From the NCBI GenBank assembly GCA_965220655.1, contig CBDCQO010000007.1:15356-79355 (forward strand): 64,000 nt of DNA, given 5' to 3'. The notes beneath the pieces were generated by a model, which worked only from the letters and a program-made list of their open reading frames with translations, was not told the origin of the DNA and did not search any database. How positions within the stretch are numbered: the stretch's first letter is position 1; each line of letters starts with the position of its first letter. The DNA is from Dehalococcoidia bacterium. GTDB taxonomy: Bacteria; Chloroflexota; Dehalococcoidia; Lucifugimonadales; Australimonadaceae. Below, in pieces: positions 46,130-55,521 of the stretch. Both the position numbers and the translations under genes were made by a program.

Positions 46130-47260
46130 ATGGACTTCGCTTCGCTGCGTGACTCGATCGCCTGCATGGAGTCGATGACCTACATGAACGCGGGCTGGGC
46201 CGGGCCGAGCCCGTCGCAGGTGGTGGAGCGGATGCGGGATGCGGGGGCGCGCGAGAGCGCGGGCGGGCCTGCCGGGCCGGAAGGCCGGGCGTTCGCGTCG
46301 GCGGTGGAGGAAGAGGCCCGGACGGAGGCTGCGGGCCTCTACAACGTCGACCCGGCGGACGTGCTGATCACGCACGGGACGTCGGAGGGCGTTGCCATCG
46401 CGCTGTTCGGGCTCGACTGGCAACCGGGCGACGTGCTGCTCACGACCGATCTCGAACACCCGGGCATCGACTCGCCGGTCGCGGTGCTGGAGGAGCGCGG
46501 CGTGGAGATCAGGCGCGCGTCGATACCCCCCGACGCTTCGGTGGACGCGTGCATCGAGGCGTTCCGGTCCGGCCTGGACTCGCGGGTGAAGGTGGCGGCG
46601 CTCAGCCACGTGATGTTCACGACTGGCCTGCGGGTGCCCGCGGAGGAGATCGTGGCGGCGGCGCACGAAGCAGGCGCGCTGGTGCTCTTCGACGGGGCGC
46701 AGACGGGAGGACATATCGCGATGGACTTCGCCGCGATGGGCGTCGACTTCTACGCTACGTCGGGGCAGAAGTGGCTGATGGGGCCGACGGGCAGCGGCGC
46801 GTTCTACGTGCGGCCCGACCGCAGGGAGCTGCTGAAGCCGCTGCTGAGGCTGTCCGGCACGGGTTTCCGGTCGGGGCTGGCCCAGTACTCGCTGGCGTCA
46901 CAGGGCGTCGCTGAGCGGGCGGGGTACGCGGAGGCGGTGCGCATCAATCGCGAGTTGGGCCCTGAGCGCGTCGAGGAGCACACCCACCAGCTGGCGTCGG
47001 CGCTGCGGGCGGAGCTGTCCGGTATCGGCGGGGTCAGTATCACCGGGCCTGTCGACGGCCCCACGGCGTGCGCCATCACCGTGATCAGCGTCGAGGGCTG
47101 GGAGTCGCCGGCGTTCGTCGAGGCGCTATGGGAGACGCACCGGATCGTGGCGCGCTACGTGGCGCATCCCCCCGGTGTGCGGATCTGCACGGCGGCGTTC
47201 AACAACGAGAGCGATGTCGAGCGTGCGGTCGAGGCGATAGCGGAGCTGGCCGGGCGTTAG
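46130..47260 (+). CDS. Class V aminotransferase-fold PLP enzyme (cysteine desulfurase/kynureninase-like)
   Basis: 376 aa with THGTSEG, LFDGAQTGGH and ATSGQKWLMGPTGSG (PLP lysine). Confidence 0.75.
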   Translation: MDFASLRDSIACMESMTYMNAGWAGPSPSQVVERMRDAGARESAGGPAGPEGRAFASAVEEEARTEAAGLYNVDPADVLITHGTSEGVAIALFGLDWQPGDVLLTTDLEHPGIDSPVAVLEERGVEIRRASIPPDASVDACIEAFRSGLDSRVKVAALSHVMFTTGLRVPAEEIVAAAHEAGALVLFDGAQTGGHIAMDFAAMGVDFYATSGQKWLMGPTGSGAFYVRPDRRELLKPLLRLSGTGFRSGLAQYSLASQGVAERAGYAEAVRINRELGPERVEEHTHQLASALRAELSGIGGVSITGPVDGPTACAITVISVEGWESPAFVEALWETHRIVARYVAHPPGVRICTAAFNNESDVERAVEAIAELAGR

Positions 47261-49068
47261 GGGGATAACCCGGCGGGCAGTCCTACCGGCACGCCGTACT
47301 CGCCGTTCGTGGCGCGCACCTCGTAGCGTGTGCAGATGCCGCTCTCGGAGGCGTCGAAGTCCCAGTACATGTCGTAGGCCGAGATGCGGTGCGTCTCCGC
47401 GTCGAGCGTGATGCCGACGCGGAGCGTCGCGCTGCGCGCCCAAGGTGGGGGAGGGACGTTATCGAGCGTCCCATCGAGGCCGATGTCTCGCTGCGAGGGG
47501 CGGGTGACGCGTATGTCGCCGGGTCCGGCATGGGCGATGACGTTCAGGAGCATCTCGACGGGGTCGGTGAACGCGAGGCGCCAGGGTGTCGCCTCGTAGA
47601 CCTGTTCCAGACTGTCCTTCTTCCACCCGCTGGCGGTCTCCCTCCAGCCCGTCCAGCTGGACGGAAGCGCGTGGGTCAGGATGAGGCCGCCCGAACGACC
47701 ATCGAAGCGTACGAGGGTGGGGTAACCGCGAACGAACCGGCCGAGCGCATGGCTGCCCGAGAACTCGCGCTCGCAGCCCCGGTCGGGCCATCCCCCACGA
47801 ACGTCGAAGCGTGCCGTGCCTGCGTCCAGCATCGCGGCGTAGGCGCGTTCCGCGAGCCGAATGCCGTCGTCACCATGCGCGATTGGAGGAGGATCGAGCA
47901 GTTCGTCGGCGAACACGATGAGCCGTTGGACCTCGGGCATCGCCATGCCGGGCCGGACGAGCGGGTGCGCGTGCAGGCGCAGCAGGGCCTCGTCGGAGTC
48001 GCTGAGCATGGGCAGGCGGAGCGCGGCGTTGACCGACATCACGCTGCGTACGGCGGGACGGTGGTGCATCGCGGCGAGCGCGTGCAGGGCCTCGTGGAGG
48101 GTCGCGTGTACGATCTCATTTTCAGTCAGCGGGGCTTCCTGCGGGCCGTTCAGCCAGACGCTCATGGATGCGCTCGTGATTGCGCCGTCTTCGTAGGATT
48201 CGGGCCCTCCGCAGCCGACCGTGTCCTGGCAGAAGGCGTCGAGGCCGAGGCTCGCGGCCCGCGTCGACGGCACGCCGACGTACGCCTTGAGCGTGGCCTC
48301 CGCTTCCGTCTGCACCCACTCGACGTCGAGGTCCAGCAGGAGGGCGAGGTCGTTCAGCACCTCTTCGAGGATGCGCACGTAGCGCGGGTCGCCGGAGGGG
48401 TCCGCCCAGACGCGCACGGGCGCTTCGGGGTCCCATTTCAGCACGGTGCCGGACGTCCACCCGCCGCACCCGCCGAGGAAGTCGTTCTCGTACGCCGCCT
48501 CGCGGCGCGGCCTGTCGCTGAAGCACTCCCAGACGTCGCGCTCGACGCCGACGATGCGCTCGGGCACGACAACCGAGTTCGACGACGTCCCGTCGTCGAG
48601 CACGGCGCGCAGCTCGGTGCCCATCGGCACGCGCAGGCGGAGGGCTGCCTCCTCGCGGCCGACGCCGCCCGGCAGGACGAGGCCGTCCAGCGGACCGCCG
48701 CAGCCGCTCACCGGTCCGCCGTTCAGCGTGCATCCCACCGTGACGACGGGGGCGTCCTGCGCAGGAGTGTCGCTGTCGTTGCGGAACTCGATCGACAGTT
48801 CGACCTCCGCCCTGCCGTCCTGCCGGTAGCCGAATACCGTCAACAGCGCATCAAGCACGAACACGGGAGTGGGGTCGTCCGGCGTGGGAGTCGCAGTGGC
48901 CGGGACAGGGGTGAACGTGGCGGTTGGCGTGGGAGGAGGCGCGAGCGTCGCGGTAGCAGTGGGCGTCGGCGTTGAATCGCAGGCAACCAGCAGCGCCACC
49001 ATGACGACGGCGCCGGCGAACGCGGTCAGCGCAGGGGCTCCACGCGCGAGGGGGCGCGGGCGGTTCAC
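47257..49068 (-). CDS. Lipoprotein with a metzincin-like zinc-binding motif
   Basis: The GTG at 49068 overlaps the upstream stop as GTGA. Signal and lipobox NRPRPLARGAPALTAFAGAVVMVALLVAC. It has a Pro/Thr linker. HEALHALAAMHH fits HExxHxxxxxH, with Ala in place of the usual metzincin Gly. Confidence 0.7.
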   Translation of the reverse strand: MNRPRPLARGAPALTAFAGAVVMVALLVACDSTPTPTATATLAPPPTPTATFTPVPATATPTPDDPTPVFVLDALLTVFGYRQDGRAEVELSIEFRNDSDTPAQDAPVVTVGCTLNGGPVSGCGGPLDGLVLPGGVGREEAALRLRVPMGTELRAVLDDGTSSNSVVVPERIVGVERDVWECFSDRPRREAAYENDFLGGCGGWTSGTVLKWDPEAPVRVWADPSGDPRYVRILEEVLNDLALLLDLDVEWVQTEAEATLKAYVGVPSTRAASLGLDAFCQDTVGCGGPESYEDGAITSASMSVWLNGPQEAPLTENEIVHATLHEALHALAAMHHRPAVRSVMSVNAALRLPMLSDSDEALLRLHAHPLVRPGMAMPEVQRLIVFADELLDPPPIAHGDDGIRLAERAYAAMLDAGTARFDVRGGWPDRGCEREFSGSHALGRFVRGYPTLVRFDGRSGGLILTHALPSSWTGWRETASGWKKDSLEQVYEATPWRLAFTDPVEMLLNVIAHAGPGDIRVTRPSQRDIGLDGTLDNVPPPPWARSATLRVGITLDAETHRISAYDMYWDFDASESGICTRYEVRATNGEYGVPVGLPAGLSP

Positions 49069-50436
49069 GCCAGGCCGAGCTCCTTCTCCGTGGCGGTGAG
49101 GGAGCGCTCGAAGATGTCGGCAATGTCGTCGATCTCTTCCGCGGTGACGCAGAGCGGAGGCGCGAAGAAGACCTGGCGCGTCGCGCGGGTGTAGAGCCCG
49201 CCGTCCAGCAGGCGCTGGTTGAGGCCTTCGACCGCGCCGGGGGTTTCGGCGAGAGGCGTCTTCGCCTCCTTGTCGGAGACGAGGTCGATGGCGCACATGA
49301 GGCCGAGGCCGCGCACGTCGCCGACCGTGGGGCGGTCGCGGAGCGCTTCGAGCCGTTCGAGGAGGCGCTTGCCCATCCGCTCCGAGTTCCCGATGAGGTC
49401 CTCACGCTCCATGATGTCGACGTTCACGAGGCCCGCCGCGCCGCCGGCGGGGTGTCCGCCGTAGGTGATGCCGTGGCGGTACGTCGTCTCCGGCCCACCC
49501 TGGAACTCCTCGAACACGGCGTCGCGCACGACGCACGCGCCGACGGGGAAGTAGCCGCTGGTGATGCCCTTTGCCATCGTCATCATGTCCGGGACGACGT
49601 TCCAGTGCTCGACGCCGAACCACCTGCCGGTGCGGCCCCAGCCGGTGATGACCTCGTCCGCGATGAGCAGCACGCCGTGGCGGTCGCAGATGTCGCGGAG
49701 CATCGGCCAGTACTCGGGGGCGGGGATGGCGACCCCGGCGGAGAAGGAGACGGGCTCCGCGATGACGGCGGCGACGGTCTCCGGCCCTTCCTCGACGATG
49801 ATGTCCTCGACGGCCTGCGCGCACTTGATGCTGAACTCGGACGGCGAGAGCGATTCGTCCTCGCGGCGGTAGTACGCGGGCTGCGGGGCGGCGAGGAAGT
49901 TGTCAGGCAGGATCTCGCCGTAGCTGGGGCGGTCGAGGACGGCGGAGGTGGAGACGCTGAGCGCGCCGCGCGTCGTGCCGTGGTAGGAGCCCTCGCGCCC
50001 GATGAACTTGCGCCTGCCGGGCTCGCCGCGATTGTAGTGGTAGCGGTAGGCGATCTTCAGGGCGGTCTCGACCGCCTCGGAGCCGCCGCTGGTGAAGTAG
50101 GTGCGGTTGAGATCGCCGGGCGTGTGCGAGGCGACCCTTGGCGGCGAAGCGCACTACGGGCTCCGAGCCGTACTTGAACGTGTTGGCGTAGTGCAGCTTG
50201 CCCAGCTGAGCGGCGACGGCGTCCACGATCTCCTGCCGTCCGTGGCCGACGTTCACGAGCATCAGCCCGGCGATGCCGTCGTAGCCCCACCTGCCGTTGC
50301 CGTCCCTGATCCGGATGCCGTCGCCCTCGTCCATGAACGTGACGCCGTTCTCGGCGAGTTCGCTCCAGTCCTGGGTCGGCATCCAGAGGTGGTTGAGGGC
50401 CGCTTCCTGCAGTTCGTCGTGCGGGTTGGTGGTCAT
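49065..50436 (-). pseudogene. Class III (omega-type) aminotransferase interrupted by a +1 frameshift in a G3 run
   Basis: The N-terminal part (ORF 49903..50436) is good up to ...GSEPVVRFAAK. The frame of ORF 49065..49703 is open upstream and reads VASHTPGDLNRTYFTSGGSEAVETALKIA...AEPV...MLRDICDRHGVLLIADEVITGWGRTG...TMAKGITSGY. The junction is AAG-G-GTC at 50135-50137. Total length is 3n+1. Confidence 0.8.
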
Positions 50437-50446
50437 CGTGTGCTCC

Positions 50447-51268
50447 TTACGGCCCCTGTTCAGCGGCGGGGCGTCCGAGCTGGGGCCACGCGGCGGGCGC
50501 CGCCGCAGCCTCTAGGCGCTGTTCGATGGGCAGGCTCTCGTCCCACTTCGAGGCGATGATGCGTCGCCCGGTGGTGCCGTCGGCCTCGTCGGACGCGAGC
50601 CAGACGATGGGCGCGCGCATCACGATGGGCTGGATGAGGGCGTCGCGGTCGCGTACGTCGGCGTCCGAGATGAAGTTGGTGTTCGTGGCCCCGCCGGGGA
50701 TGAGGACGTTCGCCGTGACGCCGGAGCCGTCGAGCTGCTTGGCGATGATGGCGATGAACGACTCGTGCGCGGACTTCGATGGGCCGTAGGGGAGGTTGCG
50801 GATCATCGTGTCCAGGCTCGTCGTGACGCCGACGATCCGGCCCCATCCCTGCTCGCGCAGGTGGCCGATGGCGGCGCGCGCCATGAGGAACGGGCCGTTG
50901 GTGTTGACGCTGAGCGCGTGCACCCACTCCTCCGGCGGCAGCTCCCAGAACCCCCCCGGGCGGCGGCTGGGCACACCCGCGTTGTTGATGACGATATGCA
51001 GGCCGCCGAGGCCCGCGATCGTCTCGCTCACGGCGCGCTGTGCGTCGTCCCAGCTGTTGACGCTGCCGACGACGGGGAGCGCGCAACCGTCGCCACCGAC
51101 CTCCCGCGCGTCGTTCGCGTTGCGCTCCAGTTGGTCGGCGTCGATGTCCATGAGGGCGACGCGCGCGCCTGCTCCCGCCAGCGCGAGCGCCATCTCGCGC
51201 CCCATGCCCATGGAGCTTCCCGCGCCGGTTACGAGCGCGACCTTGCCTTCGAGCGGCTTGTCCGCCAT
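50447..51268 (-). CDS. Short-chain dehydrogenase/reductase (SDR)
   Basis: ATG at 51268 lies 5 nt after GGAGGA. TGAGSSMGMG, NNAG and YGPSKSA are present. Confidence 0.85.
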   Translation of the reverse strand: MADKPLEGKVALVTGAGSSMGMGREMALALAGAGARVALMDIDADQLERNANDAREVGGDGCALPVVGSVNSWDDAQRAVSETIAGLGGLHIVINNAGVPSRRPGGFWELPPEEWVHALSVNTNGPFLMARAAIGHLREQGWGRIVGVTTSLDTMIRNLPYGPSKSAHESFIAIIAKQLDGSGVTANVLIPGGATNTNFISDADVRDRDALIQPIVMRAPIVWLASDEADGTTGRRIIASKWDESLPIEQRLEAAAAPAAWPQLGRPAAEQGP

Positions 51269-51339
51269 CCACGTCCTCCTGCGTCGCCGGGTGTCACTCG
51301 CAAGCCTATCACGGAGCAGGACGAGGCGGTGACTGTGGG

Positions 51340-51903
51340 CTACGGCACGACGCTGAAACCGGGTGGCAGCGGCGCACGTCCCGTCAGCGCGAACGCCACC
51401 TCCGCGCCCGTACCCTGGCGCACCGCGTAGTCGGCGAGCGCGTAGAGCGTGGCCCGGACGCACTCCGGCGGCGGGCCGGCGTCCACCCCCAGCGCGTTGG
51501 CGACGTCGATGGTGTGTATCGTCAACTCCGCGACGCGGGTGGAGAGGTAGCGCGAGAGCGGACGCACGCCGCCCGGCGTGTGCATCGGATGGTCGTCCGG
51601 CAGGCGTTCCACGAGTTCGAGGACACGATCCGCGAGCGCGCGCAGCGCACCCACCGGGTCGTCGCCGAGCGCCTGCCCCGCCTGCCGTCCGCGCTCCGCG
51701 ATCTCATCCGGGGTGCCGAAGCCGCTTCGCGTCGTTCCCTCTGTGGCGTACTCCTCGACGAGCAGGATGGCGCGGCTCGTGTGCCCGACGAGGTCGCGGA
51801 CGTTCCAGACGCCGAGCGCCTCGTTCGTCCATGCGTCGTCAGGCACCCGGGACGCCGTATCGAGGAAGAACGCGACCGCTTCGCTGAAGGTCTCTTTGCT
51901 CAT
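51340..51903 (-). CDS. DinB/MDMPI-like protein (mycothiol-dependent maleylpyruvate isomerase N-terminal domain family)
   Basis: ATG at 51903. WNVRDLVGHTS is the conserved His of the family. 187 aa. Confidence 0.6.
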   Translation of the reverse strand: MSKETFSEAVAFFLDTASRVPDDAWTNEALGVWNVRDLVGHTSRAILLVEEYATEGTTRSGFGTPDEIAERGRQAGQALGDDPVGALRALADRVLELVERLPDDHPMHTPGGVRPLSRYLSTRVAELTIHTIDVANALGVDAGPPPECVRATLYALADYAVRQGTGAEVAFALTGRAPLPPGFSVVP

Positions 51904-51941
51904 GCCCTGCCTCCGCCAGCACCTCATTGTTTGCGAGCGTC

Positions 51942-53165
51942 CTACTGGAACACCCCGTCGTCCGACAGTGCACGGAACTCGCTCTGGGGCATGCCGAGCA
52001 ACTCGCGCATGACGTACTCCGTGTGCTCGCCGAGCAGGGGAGCGCGGCGGTACTCTGGCGCGGCTTCGGAGAGCTGGAAGCAGTTGGCGTCCGAGGCGTA
52101 GCGCCCCATCTCCGGGTGGTCCATGAACACGAAGTGGCCGCGATGCGCCTCCTGCGGGTCGTCGAAGAGGTCGCGGCAGTCGCGCACCGCGCCGGCGGGG
52201 ACACCCGCGGCCTGGCACGCCTGCATCACCTCGTCCGGCGAGCGGCTGATCGTCCACGTCTCGACGGCGTCGTCGAGCTCGGACTCGCGCTGCTTGCGTC
52301 CGTCGAGCGTGGCGAGGCCGGGGTCGTCCGCGAGGTCGGGGCGGCCTATCGTTCGCGCGAGCGCGCGCCATTCGGTGTCGGTGGGGCAGGCGATGGCGCA
52401 CCAGCGGTCGTTGCCGTCACAGCGGTAGACCGCGTGCGGGGCCATGTCGGGGTCGTGGTTGCCGTTGCGCGTCTGGATGCGCCCGTTGGCGAGGTAGTCG
52501 AGCACGGGCGGCCCCGCGAAGTAGAGCGCGGCTTCCAACTGCGAGAGGTCCAGGTACTGCCCCTGGCCGGTGCGCCGCTTGTGGTCCAGCGCGGCGCAGA
52601 CGGCGGCGAACGCTATGTGGGGGATGAGGAAGTCCGTGTACGCGCCGTAGGGACTGACGGGCACGCGGTCCGGCCAGCCGGTGAAGTTGGTGTGGCCGGA
52701 GAGCGCGGTGAGGACGGGGCCGAAGCCGGGCTGGGAGTCGTACGGCCCGCCGCGTCCGAGCATCGACGCGCTGAACATGACGAGGCCGGGGTTGTGTTGC
52801 CGCAGCGCGTCGTAGCCGAGCCCCCACTTCTCCATCGTGCCGGGCGTGAAGTTCTCGGTGACGACGTCCGCCCACTCGGTCGCGAGGCGGAAGGCGAGGT
52901 GCCGCGCGCGCTCGTCACCCATGTTGAGTCCGAGTCCGAGCTTGCCACTGTTGTAGTTCGCCCAGTAGCCGCTCCGGTTCGTCCCGGGCTTGCCCTCGGC
53001 GAACGGCAGGCCGTGCCGGATGACGTCGGGACGCAGCGACGACTCGACACGCAGCACCTCCGCGCCGAAGTCGCTGAAGTAGCGCGTGGTCATGGGGCCG
53101 ATGACGACCCAGCAGAAATCGAGGACGCGCAGCCCCTCGAACGGCTTGGCGGACGGCTGGGTCAT
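51942..53165 (-). CDS. Family III CoA-transferase (CaiB/BaiF)
   Basis: The ATG at 53165 overlaps the upstream stop as ATGA. GLRVLDFCWVVIGPMTTRYFSDFGAEVLRVE is the typical N-terminus. Confidence 0.85.
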   Translation of the reverse strand: MTQPSAKPFEGLRVLDFCWVVIGPMTTRYFSDFGAEVLRVESSLRPDVIRHGLPFAEGKPGTNRSGYWANYNSGKLGLGLNMGDERARHLAFRLATEWADVVTENFTPGTMEKWGLGYDALRQHNPGLVMFSASMLGRGGPYDSQPGFGPVLTALSGHTNFTGWPDRVPVSPYGAYTDFLIPHIAFAAVCAALDHKRRTGQGQYLDLSQLEAALYFAGPPVLDYLANGRIQTRNGNHDPDMAPHAVYRCDGNDRWCAIACPTDTEWRALARTIGRPDLADDPGLATLDGRKQRESELDDAVETWTISRSPDEVMQACQAAGVPAGAVRDCRDLFDDPQEAHRGHFVFMDHPEMGRYASDANCFQLSEAAPEYRRAPLLGEHTEYVMRELLGMPQSEFRALSDDGVFQ

Positions 53166-54388
53166 CGCACGGCCCCCGATGCGCGCAGGCCCTGTATCTC
53201 GTCCGGCGGGAAATCGAGGCCGGTGAGCACTTCCTCCGTGTGCTCGCCGAGCCTCGGCGCGCGGCGGAGCTGCAAGGGGCGCTCGCTCGACTTCACCCAC
53301 GGGCCGAGGGTCGTCATCGCGCCGCCGTCGGGCGCCTCGGTCTCGCGGAAGAAGCCGCGCGCCGCGAGTTGGGGGTAGGAGCAGACGTCGGCGGGGTCGT
53401 TGACGGGGAAGAGGAGAACGCGCCGCTTGATCGCCTCTTCGGAGAGGTAGCGCTTCGTGCGGGAGCGGAAGAACGCCTCCAGCGTTTCGCTCATCGCGTC
53501 GAGCACGTCGTCGGGCAGTTGGCCGAAGCCGTACGCGCCGAAGTCGGTGCCGCTCAGCAGCGGATGGCCCTCGCCGTGCTCGTCCATCCATTCGCAGAGG
53601 GCGGCCATGCCGCGCCCGCCGGTCGCGCCGCCGGGCTGGATGTAGTTGACGTAGCCGTCGGCGCACTCGAAGTTCACGCGCAGGTTGCGTCCGTCGCCGA
53701 TGGGGCGGAAGGGGCCCGAGCGCTTGAGGATGATCTCGTTCATGTCCCAGAACTGCGGCGCGTGCGAGAGCGTGCGGGTGAGCGCCTGCTGGCAGGAGAC
53801 GTCGACGTGCTGGCCGTGCCCGGTGTTGATGCGGTGCGCGTGCGCCGTCATCGCGCCCGCCGCGCCCGCCGCCCCGCCCAGCGTCCAGAACTGCGGCACG
53901 CTCACGCGCAGCGGCGGGCGGTCCGGGTCACCGGTGAGGTGGGCGAAGCCGCTGAGCGCGGAGCCGGTGAGGTCGGTCGCGGCGAAGTCGCGGTAGGGGC
54001 CGTCCTGCCCGAACGGCGTGATCGAGACGTAGACGAGCGCGGGGTTGAGCGTGTGGACGTCGTCGTAGCCGAGGCCGAGGCTGTCGAGGTAGCCGGGGCG
54101 GAACGATTCGACGAGAAAGTTGGCAGAGGCGATGAGCCTGCGCAGCGCCTCGCGCGCGGCGTCCGACTCGATGTCGAGCGCGACGCTCTTCTTGTTCGCG
54201 GCGTAGAGCTGCCAGAAGAGGCTGCTCTCAACACCGGGCTCGTCGCGGTGGAAGGGGCCGATGTGGCGTGCGGGGTCGCCGGTGGTGGGCTCGACCTTGA
54301 TGACTTCCGCGCCGAGGTCGGCGAGGACGCGCCCGCAGAAGATGCCCCGGTCGTCGGCGAGGTCTATGACGCGGTACGGTGAAAGCAT
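53162..54388 (-). CDS. Family III CoA-transferase (CaiB/BaiF), second copy
   Basis: YRVIDLADDRGIFCGRVLADLGAEVIKVE. 408 aa. Confidence 0.85.
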   Translation of the reverse strand: MLSPYRVIDLADDRGIFCGRVLADLGAEVIKVEPTTGDPARHIGPFHRDEPGVESSLFWQLYAANKKSVALDIESDAAREALRRLIASANFLVESFRPGYLDSLGLGYDDVHTLNPALVYVSITPFGQDGPYRDFAATDLTGSALSGFAHLTGDPDRPPLRVSVPQFWTLGGAAGAAGAMTAHAHRINTGHGQHVDVSCQQALTRTLSHAPQFWDMNEIILKRSGPFRPIGDGRNLRVNFECADGYVNYIQPGGATGGRGMAALCEWMDEHGEGHPLLSGTDFGAYGFGQLPDDVLDAMSETLEAFFRSRTKRYLSEEAIKRRVLLFPVNDPADVCSYPQLAARGFFRETEAPDGGAMTTLGPWVKSSERPLQLRRAPRLGEHTEEVLTGLDFPPDEIQGLRASGAVR

Positions 54389-54390
54389 CG

Positions 54391-55518
54391 TCAGGACAGG
54401 CCCGGCTGGAGGCCGAGCGCCGCCGCGAGCCTGCGGCGGTGGTAGCGGGGGCTGCCGAGGTGGTGGTAGAGGGTGCGGGACATGCGGGTGTGGAGCGTGA
54501 GGCCGTACTCGCGGACGATGCCGACGCCTGCGTGCACGTCGTGCGCGGCGTTGCAGGCGAGGTAGTAGCCCTCGCTCGCGAGCGCGGCGGCCATGTGCAC
54601 ACCGCTCTCCGCTGGTCGTCCGGTGTCAAGCTTCCACAACGCCTCGTAGGTCGTCCAGCGCGCGGCGTCGAGGTGGTTCACGATGTCGATGATGTGGTCC
54701 TGCACGCGCTGGAAGCGCCCGATGGGCTGCTGGAACTGGCGGCGCGTGCGGCTGTACTCCAGGCACATCTGGAAGACGCTCTCCAGCCCGCCGACCTGGT
54801 ACGCAGAGAGCACGGCGGTCGCCTTGAGCATCGCGTGCTCGAACGCGTCCCAGCAGTCCGCCGCGCCGCCGAGCAGCGCTTCCTCACCCACCGCGACTCC
54901 GTCCAGCCGCACTTCGCCGAAGCCGGTCGAGAGTCCGCTGAGCGTCCTGCACGCGACGCCGGGCGCGTCCGAGGAGACGATGAAAAGGCCGACGCTCTCG
55001 CTGCCGGTGCGGGCCGCAACGATGAGATGCGTCGCCTGCACGGCGTCCGGTACGTGGAGCTTCACGCCGCTGAGGGTGTAGCCGTCCGACGTTTGCGTCG
55101 CAGTCGTCTGCACGTCGCCGCGCTCCCAGCCGTACTCGGGTTCGGTGACGGCGACGGCGAAGACTGCGTCGCCGCTCGCGATGGCGGGCAGGTGTGCTGC
55201 CTGCTGCTCGGCGGAGCCGCATTCCTGCAGCGCAAGCGCCGCGAAGACGCCCGACGAGAAGTGCGGGCCGGACACCGGGCCTCTGCCGAGCTCCTCGAAC
55301 AGGACGCCTGCGTCGCTGAACGAGCCGCCAACGCCGCCGTGCTCCTCCGGTACGAGGCTGCCGAGCAGACCAGTCGACGCGAGCGCGGGCCAGCCCTGTG
55401 CCGCCCCTACGGTCTCGGCGTCGATGGAGACGAGCGTCTCCTTGGTGAAGTCGCGGCGCAGCAGGTCCTGGATGGTGGACTGCAGCATGCGCTGCTGTTC
55501 GTTCAGGAGCAGGTCCAT
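54391..55518 (-). CDS. Acyl-CoA dehydrogenase family protein (divergent C-terminal motif)
   Basis: 375 aa with overall ACAD-fold pattern. The C-terminus is LYHHLGSPRYHRRRLA instead of the usual YEGTxxIQ. Confidence 0.75.
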   Translation of the reverse strand: MDLLLNEQQRMLQSTIQDLLRRDFTKETLVSIDAETVGAAQGWPALASTGLLGSLVPEEHGGVGGSFSDAGVLFEELGRGPVSGPHFSSGVFAALALQECGSAEQQAAHLPAIASGDAVFAVAVTEPEYGWERGDVQTTATQTSDGYTLSGVKLHVPDAVQATHLIVAARTGSESVGLFIVSSDAPGVACRTLSGLSTGFGEVRLDGVAVGEEALLGGAADCWDAFEHAMLKATAVLSAYQVGGLESVFQMCLEYSRTRRQFQQPIGRFQRVQDHIIDIVNHLDAARWTTYEALWKLDTGRPAESGVHMAAALASEGYYLACNAAHDVHAGVGIVREYGLTLHTRMSRTLYHHLGSPRYHRRRLAAALGLQPGLS

Positions 55519-55521
55519 CGC

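Noticed and set aside
45680-53666. Long N-terminal extensions of ORFs 45680..46714, 50447..51463, 51340..52401, 51942..53666, and also 60659..61774 and 38400..39368
   Set aside because: In each case an internal ATG with a good Shine-Dalgarno sequence begins the recognisable domain (GYD, SDR, DinB-like, CaiB, CbbQ). The upstream part is Arg-rich and overlaps the neighbouring gene.
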